A stretch of DNA of 64,000 nucleotides from Hypanus sabinus (GCF_030144855.1 NC_082721.1:28644001-28708000); one strand, 5' to 3'. Shown: positions 50,365 through 63,259, counted from the first letter of the stretch. Notes: generated by a model not told the origin, from the letters alone. Made by a program: numbers and translations.

Positions 50365-50649
50365 CTTCAACCTGGTGACAGGAAAATAAGTTGTAGCCAT
50401 AACTAAAGATACAGGGCAGCTAAAAAAATCTAAAGTAATCGAGGAAACTTAGTATTTTTTTGTGAAAGGAAAATCAGGTTGACCAAGTTAACGGAATTGT
50501 CTGTAGAGGTATCATGCTGTGGATACAGGAAAGTAGGCAGATGTTCTACAATTAGTTTTCCAGAACACTCATAGAAGTTGTCACATCAAAGGCTACTGCA
50601 GAATATAAAAGCTCATATGTAGGAGGTAACGTAGGAAACAGTCAGCAGG

Positions 50650-51430
50650 CATTGCTGATTGTGGACTTCAGGAAGGGTAAGACGAAGTGATTCATAGAGG
50701 GATCAGAAGTGGAGAGAGTGAGCAGTTTCAGTTCCTGGGTGTTAAGATCTCTTAGGATCTAACCTGGTCCCAGCATATCGATGTAGTTATAAAGAAGACA
50801 AGACAGTGGTCATACTTTATTAGGAGTTTGAATTGATTTGGCATTCAAAACCAATACACTCAAAAACTTCTATAAATGTACGTGAAGAGCATTCTGACAG
50901 GCTGCATCACTGTCTGGTATGGAGGGGCTACTGCACAGGACCGAAAGAAGCTGCAGAAGGTTGTAAATCTAGTCAACTCCATCTTGGGTACTAGCCTACA
51001 AAGTATCCAAGACACCTTTAGGGAGTGGTGTCTCAGAAAGGCAGAGTCAATTATTAAGGACCTCCAGCACCCAGGGCATGTCCTTTTCTCACTGTTACCA
51101 TCAGGTAGGAGATATAGAGTCATGAAAGCACACACTCAGTGATTCAGGATCAGCTTCTTCCCCTCTGCCATCTGATTCCTCAATGAACATTGAAGCTTTG
51201 GATACTGCCTCACTTTTTTTAATATACAGTATTTCTGGTTTTGCACATTTAAAAAAATTTATTCAACATGTGTAATTGATTTACTTGTTTATTTATTATT
51301 ATGCTTTACTTAATTTATTTATTTTTTCTCTCTTTCTGCTAGATTATGTATTGCATTGAACTGCTGCTGCTAAGTTAACGAATTTCACGTCACATGCCGG
51401 TGATAATAAACCTGATTCTGATTCTGATTT
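50650..51430 (+). mobile_element. Rex1/Babar LINE 3' part nested in a degraded CR1
   Basis: SILTGCITVWYG...LQKVVN...HPGHVLFSLLPSGRRYR; ends AATAAACCTGATTCTGATTCTGA. Confidence 0.92.
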
Positions 51431-51837
51431 TCTGACTGGCAAGATGTAACGAGAGGTGTGCTACAGAAATTGCAACTGGGAACTCAGCTTTTTACAATTT
51501 ATTTAAAGGACTTGGATGAACACATGGATACTCTGGTAAAAGTACGCTAAATTTGAAGAAGCTGCAAAGATAGTTTGGAGAGTAAGTTGTGAGGCGGGTA
51601 CAAAGGGATAGAGATACATTAAGTTAAGTGGGTGGGTAAAAATCTGGCAAATGGTGTGTAATGTGAAAAAAATATGTAATTGTTAATTTTGTCAATAAAA
51701 ATGAAAAGGAAACAAATTCCCCAGAGATTACAGTGCACTCAGATGCAGAAGGATTTCAGTGTCTATAGTACATGATTTGTAAAAAGCTAATACAAAAATG
51801 CAGGTTGTAATTACGAAAGCCAACGGATCTTTTTTTT

Positions 51838-53022
51838 TAAACACAAGGAAGTCTGCAGGTGGTGGAAGTCCAAAGCAATACACACGAAATGTTAGAGGAA
51901 CTCAGCAGGTCTGGCTACATCTAAGGAAATGAATAAACAGTCAACTTTTCAGGTTGAGACGTTTCAGGTTGAGACCTTTCTTCAGTCGTGAAAAGGGGAA
52001 GATGCCAGAATAAAAAGGTGGGGAGCGGGGAAAGAGGTGATCGTTGAAGCCAGATTAGTGTGACATGTCAAACGCCAGAGAAGGAATCTGATAGGAAAGA
52101 AGAGTGGACCATTGGAGAAAGGGAAGGAGGAGGGGACCCAGGGTGAAGTGATCGGCAGATGAGAAGAAGTAAAATGCCAGAGTGGGGGAAAGAGAAGAAA
52201 GGAGGAAGGAGAGTGAATTTTCTTTTACTGGAAGAAGAAATCGATATCAGGTTGGAGGTTATGCAGATGGAATATAAGGTGTTGCTCCTCCTGAAGGTGG
52301 CCTCATCTTAGCACAAAAGGAGGCCATAGACCGGCATGTTGGAACGGGTATGGGAAATGGAATTTAAACCTTTGGCCACCAGGATATTCTACTTTTGGCA
52401 GATGGAGCAGAGGTGCTCGATGAAGCGGTCCCCCAATTTACGACGGGTCTCACCAATGTGGCAGAGGCCAGATCACAATAGACAACTCCAGCAGATTCGC
52501 AGGTGAAGCATCGCCTCACTTGAGAGGACTGTTTGGAGCTATTAATAGAGGTGAGGCAGGAGGTGGATGGTCAGCTGTGGCACTTAAACCACCAAGGGTA
52601 AGTGCCACGAGAGGGATCAGTGGGCAGCAATGAATGGACAATGGAATCATAGAGGGAGTCATCCCCGTGGAAAGTGAGCGGGGGTGAGGTAAAGACGTGT
52701 TTAGTGGTAGGATCCCTTTGGAGATGGCAGAAGTTGCAGAGTGTTGGATGCAGAGGCAAATGGGGTGGTAGGTAAGGACAAGAGGAACTATCGCTGTTAA
52801 GGCGGTGGGAAGATGAGGTGAGTATGGATATTTGGGAAATGGAGGAGATGTGGGTGAGGGCAGCATCAATGGTGAAGGAAGGGAAACTCTATTCTTTGAA
52901 GAGGGAGGACATTTCTGATGTCCTGGAATGGAAAGCCTCATCCTGGGAACAGATGCAGCAAAGATGAAGAAACTGAGAAAAGGAGATAGCATTTTTTACA
53001 GGAGATTGAGTGGGAAGAGGTA
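51838..53022 (-). mobile_element. Penelope-like element (Neptune-type), 5'-truncated: post-RT linker, GIY-YIG, hammerhead terminus
   Basis: Frameshifted FSQFL..ICSQDEAFHSRTSEMSS, FTCESAGVVYC, IGETRRKLGDRFIEHL; minus-strand CTGAAGAAAGGTCTCAACCTGAAACGTC at 51958-51985. Confidence 0.9.
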
Positions 53023-53499
53023 TCTTTTTGAAGTTTATTTTGATAGAAATTGAATACCCAAGGGGGGGATGCTTTGGTGAGTTTTCTCTTGAAATACTGT
53101 GTACAATAACTTTATTGAAACATACAAGATTGAATGATCTTGACAGGATGGGTGTAGAGATGGCACTTTTTCTTGGGTAAGAATCTAGACCATGAGACTA
53201 CTGTTTAAAAATAAAGAGATAAACATACAGTTTTCTTGGTGGAAGCAAAGTCTTTCGAAAAATTTGAAGAGAGAGGCTTGTTAAACAAGAGATGAGTTTA
53301 CTGTGTGTTGACCGGAATGAAGAGCTGAGATTACAGTAAGTTCAGTTATGAACTTATTAAGCGTGTGAGTAGGGTCGAGGGGTTAAGTGTTTTACTCTTG
53401 CTCTCAGTATGTTTGTACATCCTGTACTGCAAACACATTAAATGACAATTAGGATTAATTAAGGTGTGCATTTGGGAATGCTTGGCATATTGATTCATT

Positions 53500-53545
<46 letters not shown>

Positions 53546-53546
53546 C
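53500..53546. repeat. (TG)n(CG)n microsatellite
   Basis: Visible directly. Confidence 0.95.
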
Positions 53547-53963
53547 ATGTGAACCCAGCAGAGAAGATTATTGCCCATTTTAAAAGAGAACCAAAATCGA
53601 TGAAATTCTGTTTTCATTTTAGACTTACACCACCTGCAGCGTTTTGATTTTCACTGAAGTAAATCAGCCGCCAATTCTGATTGCCTTAGTCCTGAAGTAT
53701 TGGCTTTTGCTCCACTTATCTCACCCAGTCAATAGAACTCTGTCTTCTTGCATAAGTTTGTGAAGTAATGGTTACAGAAATGAGTAGTGTTTACAGTTTC
53801 CATCAAATGATGAGCTCTTCCAAAGGTTTAGGAATGGAATTAACATGACATTTAATGGAAAAGCTATAAGAGGTGCAAATGAAAAGCAAAGTAAATGTCA
53901 TGTTTTTCTAGTCATTGATACACTGTAGGTGAGCAATGTTCCCTCCATCTGAGGAAGGGACTG

Positions 53964-54456
53964 TTATTGCGTGAATGCAGTCACCAGAGAAAAGAACTAG
54001 TAGATGCAAAGCAGCTTCTTTATTCAACACAACAAGATACAGCAGGTATTATATGGAGATGTTTTCGGTGGAAAGGTCTTACTGGCCCAACATAGGGCTT
54101 AATATTTTAAGTGCTAAACATCTATATTTNNNNNNNNNNNNNNNNNNNNNNNNNNNNNNNNNNNNNNNNNNNNNNNNNNNNNNNNNNNNNNNNNNNNNNN
54201 NNNNNNNNNNNNNNNNNNNNNNNNNNNNNNNNNNNNNNNNNNNNNNNNNNNNNNNNNNNNNNNNNNNNNNNNNNNNNNNNNNNNNNNNNNNNNNNNNNNG
54301 AATTTTAATCAGCATTGTCTGGTCTGGGATTCTCAGCTTTTAGGAACCCATTGTTCAGAGCTGCACTCCAAATTAAATCCACAATACATACTCAGACCGA
54401 TAGCCAAAGTTATTTGCTAAATGTAGTTATGCTAAACCCAAAAATTGCTCTAACAG
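53964..54456 (-). repeat. Right arm of long-range inverted repeat, containing the assembly gap
   Basis: Reverse complement of 40289-40714 on both sides of the Ns. Confidence 0.9.
54130..54299. other. Assembly gap (170 N)
   Basis: Run of N. Confidence 1.
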
Positions 54457-54631
54457 GAACCAATCTAAAACATTAACTGTTTTTTACCACAGATTCTGCC
54501 TGAGTGTATCAAGCAATTTCTGGTTTTAGTTCAGATTTCCATCAACTGCAAATTGTTTTTAAATTTTCATTCCCTCTGCCTGCAGCTGACACAATTTAAG
54601 GGCAGTGCATACTGTGCACTGCAGCTACTTG

Positions 54632-55480
54632 TCAGAATCAGAATCAGGGTTTTTATCACCGGCATGTGTTGAGAAATTTGTTAATTTAGCAGCAGCAGTT
54701 CAATGCTGTACATAATATAAAAGAATAAATAAATATCAGTACATGTATATCAAATAGATTTAAAATCATGCAAAAACAGAAATAATATATATTAAGTAAA
54801 GTAGTATCCACTGGTTCAATGTCCATTTAGGAATCGGATGGCAGAGGGGAAGAAGCTGTTCCTGAATCGCTGAGTGTGTGCCTTCAGGCTTCTGTACCTC
54901 CTAACTGACGGTAACAGTGAGAAAAGGACATGCCCTGGGTGCTGGGGATCCATAATAATGGACGCTGCCTTTCTGAGACACCACTCCTTGAAGATGTCCT
55001 GGGTACTTTGTAGGCTGGTACCCAAGATGGAGCCGACTAACTTACAACCTTCTGCAGCTTCTTTCAGTCCTGTTCAATAGCACCTCCCCCCCCCCCCCAT
55101 ACCAGACAGTGATGCAGCCTGTCAGAATGCTCTCCACTGTACATAGAAGTTTTTGTGTGTTTTTGTTGGCATACTGTGGTGAACTACGTGTGCCTGTCTG
55201 GACACGCCCCCTGCTGACTGCTCCTGTGGCTCCTCCCACAGGCCCCTGTATAAAGGCGATCAGAGCCCTATGCTCGGCCTCTCAGTCTCCAGGATGTAGT
55301 ATGGTGGTCACTCACTGCTTGTTCCTTCTTCCAGTCAATAAAAGCCGATATCTCGCCTTACATCTCAGAGTGAGTTATTGATAGTGCATCACATACCATA
55401 TCTCTTCAAACTCCTAATGACTTCTTTATAGCTGTATCGGTATGTTGGGACCAGGTTAGATCCTCAGAGACCTTGACCTT
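54632..55480 (-). mobile_element. Rex1/Babar LINE 3' part, interrupted by a solo LTR
   Basis: ESILTGCITVWYG and GTSLQSTQDIFKEWCLRKA...FRNSFFPSAIRFLN; (TCAGAA)n end. Confidence 0.92.
55175..55391 (+). mobile_element. Solo LTR (217 bp)
   Basis: TG...CA termini; perfect 5-bp TSD CATAC; TATAAA ~55248; AATAAA ~55337. Confidence 0.9.
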
Positions 55481-56059
55481 GACACTGCTCACTTTAGACA
55501 CCATGGAGGACTGGATAGCAGGCACTAGACAGCACAATTCCCCTCAACATCACATAACCAAGTTGAAAACATTGCTACTCCTTCATCGCCTAAGTCCTGG
55601 GGTGTGCTACTCAGCGATATCATGGGAGGACTTTCACCAGAAGCACTGCAATGGTTTGAGAAAGCGACTCACCATTACCTTCTCAAGGGTAATTAGAGAT
55701 GGCAAATAAACGTTGACCCGACTGGTGACACCAACATTCCATGAATGAATTAAATATCAATTTGATTCCTGGCAAGGCAGATTTGTCCTGTGTGAAAACA
55801 TTAAATATTGTATAAGAGATTAACTCTCTGGAATTTAGAAGAATAAGAGGCTATCCTATTAAACGTAAAAAATTCTTAAGGGGCTTGATGGGGTTGACAG
55901 ACCTGTTATTTCCATTGTCTGGAATGGTCAGATGTCCATAGTGGACATAATAGGACGTCAGCATTCAAGAAGGAATTTCTATACCTACAAGTAGTGAACA
56001 TTCAGAATTCTCTGCCCAAGGAAGTCAGTTACTGAGTATATTCAAGACAGTGAAAAGGG

Positions 56060-58460
56060 ATCTCGTGCTTTCCCGGTGTACATGATGAATGAACTCTTCT
56101 TGGGCTTCCAGCCAGGCATGGGTATCAATTATAACCGGTGTTTTGATGACAAACTCTGCCATCTGGTGCAGAGATTATGCCTGGGTATATCTAATCCAGT
56201 GATATTTATACCCCTGCAGTCTGTCCCTCCTGATTGGTTAATCCTCTCCCACCTTGGTAAAATCAAATTCTCGTTCTTATGTAGAGCGAGACCTTCATCT
56301 TTGTTAAAATTCTTTCCTTCTATTTTTATTTCAACGGCTTCCTCTACCAGGCGATCCCAAAAGTCATTGGCGTGGCTCTGTAGTTTTGTGCCATTGAAGT
56401 CAATCCTGTGGCCATTGTGACTGCAGTGTTCTGCTATCACCAATTCCTCTGGGTAACCAAACGGATACACCTCCTGTGCTCCTTGATGCAGGTTTCCAAC
56501 GTGTATCCCATCTGGCCAATATAGGCTGCTTGGCATTCACAGGGAATCCTGTAAACATCAGCCATCCTGAGGCCCAGGTCATCTTGGGCCCGGATAAGTT
56601 GTGATTTGAGCTTCCTTAAAGCTTTTAGTTTGTGGATGGTATTAATCCGGTATTTCTTCAGCTTAACGGTTAACGGTTCATGGATGGTATTAATCTAGTA
56701 TTTCTTCAGGATCCTGACAATCCTTCCAGAAACTTTGGGAATATAGGGAAGACAGACGGTAGCGATGGGCTCCTCCTCGTTGTTAGGCTTCCTGGTTTTT
56801 CCATCAGCCCTTTTAAGAGCCCAATTGATTTCCTTCACCTTGTAGCCATTCTGTAGGAACACCATGCGTAATTGCCTTATTTCCCTAGGGAACTCTCTGG
56901 GTCTGAAATAGTCTTTGCACAGTGAATGAAAGTAGAAAGAACCGCCCTATGCTGGGAGGCATGGTGGTGGCTGTTACTGTTGAGGTATAAATCAGTGTAA
57001 TTGGGTTTCCAATAGATACCACGTCCCAGGCTACCATCTGGTTTGTGTCGTATTGGAATGTTCTGGAATGGGAGGTAACCACTCTTCTCCAATTCCATCG
57101 TAAATTGGATGTTTGGATGTATACTGCTTAGATGGTCCTGGAACTGTTGGAGTGCCTGGAGTCCATGAGGCCACACTACGAAGGTGTCACCAATGTATTG
57201 GAAGAAGCATTTGGGGCGTGAGAGTGATGAACCCAGCGCCTCAAAGTCCTCCATGTAAAAATTAGCAGTAGACAGCGACAAGGACAATTCCAAGGCCATT
57301 CCGTCCATTCATTCATAGCATTCCCATTAAAGAGGAAGTATGTCAAAGAAAGGCGGTGTTCAAAAAGGTCAATAGTACTCTCATCTAACCTGGACCGCAG
57401 GAGTACAAAGCTGTCCTTAATGGGAACTCCCATGAACAGGGGCACCATGTCGAAACTGACCATTATGTCCTCCGGGTTCAGCTGGATGTTGGTTATCATT
57501 TTAACGAAGTCCGTTGAATTTATGGTGTGATGCTCACAGCCCCCAACAAAGGGAGACAGCGTGGTTGTTAAATGCTTTGAGGGGTAGTAATTTGGAGAAT
57601 ATATCGCACTGACGATAGGACTTTGGGGAGGGGGTCGGGGAATCCCTCGTTGTGTATCTCAGGGAGCCCTTAAAGTCTTGGTGGTACGGGCGCCTGAGGC
57701 AGAAGTGTCCGCTGGTAGTCCAGATTTCTTCAGTAAAGCGGAGGTCACCCTGACAATCGAACTTGTGGGATCCCGCTGTAGAACTCTGTAGGTGGGACTG
57801 TCCACAATCTATTGCACTTTCCTGGGGTATTCCTCGGAAGACGTTAGGACCGCTGTTTTCCCTTTGTCTGTTGGGTTGCGGCATAGTGCCTGGAGGGCCA
57901 GTCTCTCTCCTTTGGTGATGTTCGGTCTTGGCAAAATGGCTCTTTTAAAGGCCGTGCAGACTCTATAATCACCTCATCCATGGTCTCCAGTGGAGGTTTT
58001 CAGATTGCTTGTTCTACTCTGCCAATGTAGTCCCAATAAGGTATAGCTCTGGGGACCAGAGCGAACTTTAACCCCTTGGTGAGAACCGATCTAGTCACCT
58101 CATCAATGCTTTGCTCAAATTCATTGACAACAATCCTTTCTGGGTCCAATGGTAGGATGACTGTACTTTTCAGGCCGCCTAGTAAAGGAAGCCATTGAAA
58201 TAAAACAAGAGGAAAAGAATTTTAACAAAGACAAGGTCTCGCTGTAAGTAAGAACTGGAATTTGATTGTAAAGAAGGTGGGAAAGCAGAAACGTGATTGG
58301 ATGAGGACTGACCAATCGAGAGCGATGGACTATGGGGGTATAAATACCACTGGACTATACATACCCAGTGATCATTCCCAGAAGATGGCAGAGTCTGTCA
58401 TCAAAATGTCGGTTATAATCAAAACCTGTGCTCGGCTGGAAGCCCAAGAAGAGTTTAATT
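56060..58460 (-). mobile_element. Penelope-like element (Penelope/Poseidon-type), degraded RT plus GIY-YIG, with inverted pseudo-LTR
   Basis: MVSFDMVPLF, GMALE..LS...ANFYMEDFE, QYIGDTFVVW, HPNIQFTMELE, IAEH...EAVEIK..KNFNKDEG; 58170-58458 is an inverted copy of ~56086-56356. Confidence 0.92.
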
Positions 58461-59492
58461 AAGACAATTTCACAGATTTTTATATATTTAAGGAATAAAA
58501 AGAGAATGGGGTTGATGCAGGAAAATGGCGCAGAGGTAAAAGATCAGCTTTAAACTAATCGAACGATGGAGCAGGCACAAATGCACCTCTGCTATTTCTC
58601 ATGTTCGCACACAGAGACACTGACGAAGTTTCGGAGCCAACTGCAGCTGGCCATGTGCTGCCTTTGATTACTGTTTATTGCCATTTGGCTGAGGAAGCTG
58701 TGAAAAGCAACCTCGCAGTCAGTCAGGTGCGAAAGATTCTGTCTTCAGACAGCCTTGCGTTTCAGTGCCTATCTGGTAACACCCAGAAGCTTCCACACTT
58801 GCTGCCTGGAAGTTCTCCCAGGCAGTCAGAGCCTATAGATTTGCAGGACAATGTAAAACGAATTAAAATAATCAGATTGAGTGAGAATGTGAGCTGCTAA
58901 CAATGTTACTCTGTCAGTTGCAGATTTCAGAATCAGTACCTAAGGTATTTATTGAAGAAAATTTGAAGTTCTGATGAGATGGAACTGAGAAACTCAGCTC
59001 GTCGATCCCAACTCAATGCTCCATTGCAAGGGGCCCAAATGCAATTCAAGAACCTGGCACTCTCTCCCCAAACAAATGATGGCGATTAAGACCAGACAGT
59101 AGATGGGAATAAACTAATTTCCTTGGAAGAGTGGTGAATGACAGGTGACTGAAGTTAATTAGCAGAGCGAGAAAGATGTCTAAGAGAACTGTGCCTACCC
59201 AGAGAGTACTGGAACTCAATAACTGAAGAGTAGTGGAAGCAGAAATCGTCATTTTAATTCAAAAGTAACAGCCTAATTCTCCTCCCATCTCTTATTGCTC
59301 CTGTATGTGGCCAAGAACAGCTGAGATTAGGGTGCCAGTGTGACAGCTGGTTTGGAATTCACCATTTTATTGCTGTTCCACTGCAGGTGAAGCTAGCCAC
59401 TGCTCCCCAGATCCAGGCAGCACCCGACCGAGACAGTTCACACTTATTTCCTCATATACTAGCTGGGAGGACTATGTGGTGTTCTTCTTCAC

Positions 59493-59915
59493 TGAACGTA
59501 GAACATGAAAATCTACAGCACATTACAGGCCCTTCGGCCCACAATGTTGTGCCGACCATGTAACCTACTCTGGAGGCTACCTAGAATTTCTCTACCGCAT
59601 AGCCCTCTATTTTTCTAAGCTCCATGTACGTATCTAAGAGTCTTCTAAATTACCCTATTGTATCTGCTTCCACCACCGCCACCAGCAGTGCATTCCCCGC
59701 ACTCAGCACTCCCCGTGTGAAAAACTTACCCCTGACATCCCCTTGGTACCCATTTCCAAGCACCTTAAAACTATGCTCCCTCGTGTTAGCCACTTCAGCC
59801 CTGGGAAAAGGCCTCTGGCTATCCACACGATCAATGCCTCTCGTCATCTCTATCAGGTCACCTCTCATCCTCTGTTGCTCCAAGGAGAAAAGGCCAAGCC
59901 CACTCCTTATCATAG
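59493..59915 (-). mobile_element. CR1-clade LINE 3' fragment
   Basis: LGLFSLEQQRMRGDLIE...GKFFTRGV; 10-bp TSD TCTTCTTCAC (59483-59492, 59916-59925). Confidence 0.9.
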
Positions 59916-59974
59916 TCTTCTTCACATAATCTAGACCAACAGCCCAGAACATTAAACAAAGTTTGGCAAATGGG

Positions 59975-60196
59975 ATTTGTTTGTTTGTTTGTTTAGCGAT
60001 ACGGTGCCGAGTCAGCCCTCCGAGCTGTGCTGCCCCAGCAATCCCACGACCCCGATCAACCCTAGCCTAATCACGAGACGATTTGCAATGACCAATTAAC
60101 CGACCTGGTAGGCACATCGTACACTTAGTCCCGGTAGGTCCTTGGACTGTGGGAGAAAGCCCACGCATTCCACGGGGAAGACATACAGAGACTCTT
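59975..60196 (-). mobile_element. V-SINE-like element (same family as 41320-41515)
   Basis: (TTTG)n tail; AATGACCAATTAACC; TTGGACTGTGGGAG. Confidence 0.75.
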
Positions 60197-60721
60197 GTGG
60201 TAGAGCGCACTCGGTAAATGCATGCCTTACACACACAACCATTGACTTGTCATTCCGCTGAGTGTACGCACTTCAATGTCTTCCTGCTATATTTTCATGA
60301 TGGGTTTTAAACCGAGCTGATGCGATCGGGTTGGCCTTATGGTGTCTGTCACTCCATACACGGCAATATATTCCATTCCTTTAGTAATGGGGATATGTAA
60401 ACATGTTGTCTGTACACCTTATTTAAGGTAAATACTTCTGATTATTTTGGACTTACAATTGTAACTACATTGTTGGATGTATCACATTGTAATTTATGTG
60501 TAGTCATAAGTCAACTTTCAGATGGCATCATAATTTAAGACGCCATGTCCTCGTGCCTAATAAACGGGGCATTCGCTCTCAGTGGGAAAGGGACAGCGGG
60601 ACTGCCAGAAACTCACACTGGACAAAGTATGGAACGATTATGTTTTCTGGTAGATACTTTCTTGTAAATATTGGCAGCATTGTTTTCACTATTTCTGCTA
60701 AGTTTTGCAAGGCTGTGCGCA

Positions 60722-63137
60722 AATGAGTACTGGCTCCAGCTCAGTGAGGACATTCAGACAGCAGGTGTGACAGGCAACATCAGATCGGTGTATGATGGTT
60801 CAGGAAGGCCCTTGGCCTGTCGCAGAGCAAGACAGCAACCCAGAAGTCATCCAGCGGTGAAATAATCACCGATAAAAGCAAGCAGATCGAACGCTGGGTA
60901 GAACACTACTCTGAGCTCTACTCGAGGGAAAATGTTGCTGTTAGCTCAGCCATTGATGCCATCGATTGTCTACCAGTCATGGATGAACTCAACTCCGTAC
61001 CAGCCATTGAGGACCTCAGCAAGGCAATTGACAGTCTGGCCCTAGGGAAAGCTCCTGGCAGTGATGGGATTCCTCCAGACCTGATCAAACACTGCAAAAG
61101 CTCACTTCTCCAACCTTTACACAAAGCTTTCTGTCAGTGCTGGAAGAAAGGAGCCGTACCACAGGATATGTGCGACTCCAAAATCGTTTTATTGTACAAG
61201 AACAAGGGTAATAGGAGTGACTAGAACAACTACAGGGGTATCTCCTTCCTGAGTATTGTTGGCAGAGTCTTTGCTCATGTAACTCTGGCACGTCTACAAA
61301 CTCTGGAAGAACGAGTCTATCCGAGTCCCAATGTCCTTCTCGTGCAAGGAGGTCAACTGTCGACATGATTTTCTCACTCCGTCAGCTCCAGGAGAAGTGC
61401 AGGAAACAACAGAAACCCCTCTGTGTCGCTTTCATCGACTTGACCAAGGCATTTGACCTTGTCAGCAGAGATGGGCTCTTTCAGATTCTCCTCGAGATCA
61501 GCTGTCCCCCAAAACTGCAAAGTATCATCAAGTCATTCCATGACGACGTGAGGACTACTGTTCAGTAGGATGGCAGCTCATCAGAACCCTTCGCTATTCG
61601 TAGTGGAGTCAAACAAGGACGTGTGTTGGCCCCAACATTATTCAGCATCTTCTTCTCTGTGCTATTGAAGCACGCGTTTCGGACACTAACAGAAGGCATC
61701 TACATGCACACCAGGTCTGATGGGCAGCTGTTCAACCCTGCACACTTGAGAGTGTCATGGTTTTTCGTGCCCCACAAACGACCAGGAGACGCAGAAGATT
61801 CTTCAAGAAGGGTTAAACTTTAATTTGCAAATCAAAGCTGAGACAGTCATTGAGCTAGTCGCCGATTGCCCACCAATCCTTGTACATAACATTTTTTATA
61901 GCAATCTCCTGGTTTAGTTGCATTAGCATATCCAATTGGTCTACAGTTGCGTATCACAAGTACATCTGCCACTATTGTTTCTACCCATTGACTTAATCAT
62001 GTTCTAATCTACATTTCTTAACTACCTCTCATCAACACACCATTGTCTTCTACATTCAATTGGATACATGCATAGCAAATAGCAAACTCAGACTACATAG
62101 TTTTGGTTACACAGCAAACAATACAACTTTTATACTCCAATAAGAGCAAGAACACCTGTGTGAAAGATCTTAATACATGACATGCTTTTTGCCGATGACG
62201 CTGCTATAACCTTGTACACCAAACAGCAACTACAAACTCTCATGGACAGCTTCTCTAGGGCATGCAAGGGCTTACCATCAGCCTAAAGAAAACAAATGCC
62301 CTTGCCCAGTACGTAGTGGAGACACTAGTCATTACCATAGACAATTACGAACTTGAAGTGGTGCACGAGTTCACATACCTGGGGTTGACCATTAGCGACA
62401 CTCTCTCCCTCGATGCTGAAATCAATAGGCGTATCGGCAAAGCAATTTCGATCCTTGCTCGACTCTCCTCGCGGGTCTGGGAGAATCCAAAACTCACTAC
62501 AAAGACCAAGACTGCCTTGTACAATGCATGCGTTATCAGCACCCTCCTGTATGGTAGCGAGACTTGGACCATCTACTCCAAACAGGAGAGGAAACTCAGT
62601 AGTTTTTATCTGCGCAGCCTTTGCCACATCTTCGGCATCACCTGGAGAGACAAAGTCCCAAACTGTGAGGTCCTCTCCCGCGCTGGACTTCCCACAATGT
62701 TCACGCTTTTAAGATAACGCAGACTGCGCTGGCTGGGCCACGTCCGTCATATGAAGGATGGTAGACTGCCAAAGGACATCCTCTACGGAGAAGTAGCAAC
62801 AGGCAAGAGGAACGTTGGTAGACCCCAACTTCACTTCAAGGACCTCTGCGAGCGCGACACGAAAGCCTTAAAGACCAACACAGAGTGCTGGGAGGACACA
62901 GCAGATGACGGCAACAAACGGCAAGGCGAAAGGGTGATCCTGAGTCAGTTTGAGGAGCGGAGAGCTAAACCGAGAGCACAGCGGACAACAATTCCACGAT
63001 GCCCTACACATACAGCAACTGTGACAGAGGCTACCGTTCCAGGATCAGCCTCAATAGCCACAGTCGACGCTGCTTGACAAACCAGTGACTACCAGAGGCT
63101 CAGTATCCAAGGTCAACTATGACCGACGGAGGCCACA
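60722..63137 (+). mobile_element. RTE-clade LINE, 5'-truncated, inactivated RT
   Basis: GKAPGSDGIPP, YKNKG..NYRGISFL, MIFSLRQLQEKC...FIDLTKAFDLV, GVKQGRVLAPTLF, MLFADD, FTYLG, LLYGSETW, RLPKDILYGE. Confidence 0.95.
61753..62142 (-). mobile_element. Solo LTR (390 bp) inserted in the RTE RT
   Basis: 4-bp TSD AGAG (61749-61752, 62143-62146); TG...TA termini; RTE sequence resumes after it; minus-strand TATAAAA and ATTAAA. Confidence 0.8.
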
Positions 63138-63259
63138 GTTCACAGTTCAGTTAAACTTTGCAAGTTTTATTTTGAAGAATCTAATAAGCATCCTTGCACT
63201 AAAGTGTTTAGCGACTCCAGCCGTTTTTTGCTTCTCCTTTGGCCATAATCCACATATCT

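Noticed and set aside
53975-54343. ORFs spanning the N run
   Set aside because: Artefacts of translating through the assembly gap.
40289-54456. Intact Polinton/Maverick or other large TIR transposon
   Set aside because: The interior has only ordinary LINE, SINE and Penelope debris; no polymerase, integrase, capsid or transposase ORF, and no TSD found.
60197-60590. Possible fourth solo LTR (starts TGTGG, contains AATAAA)
   Set aside because: Could not define a CA terminus or TSD.
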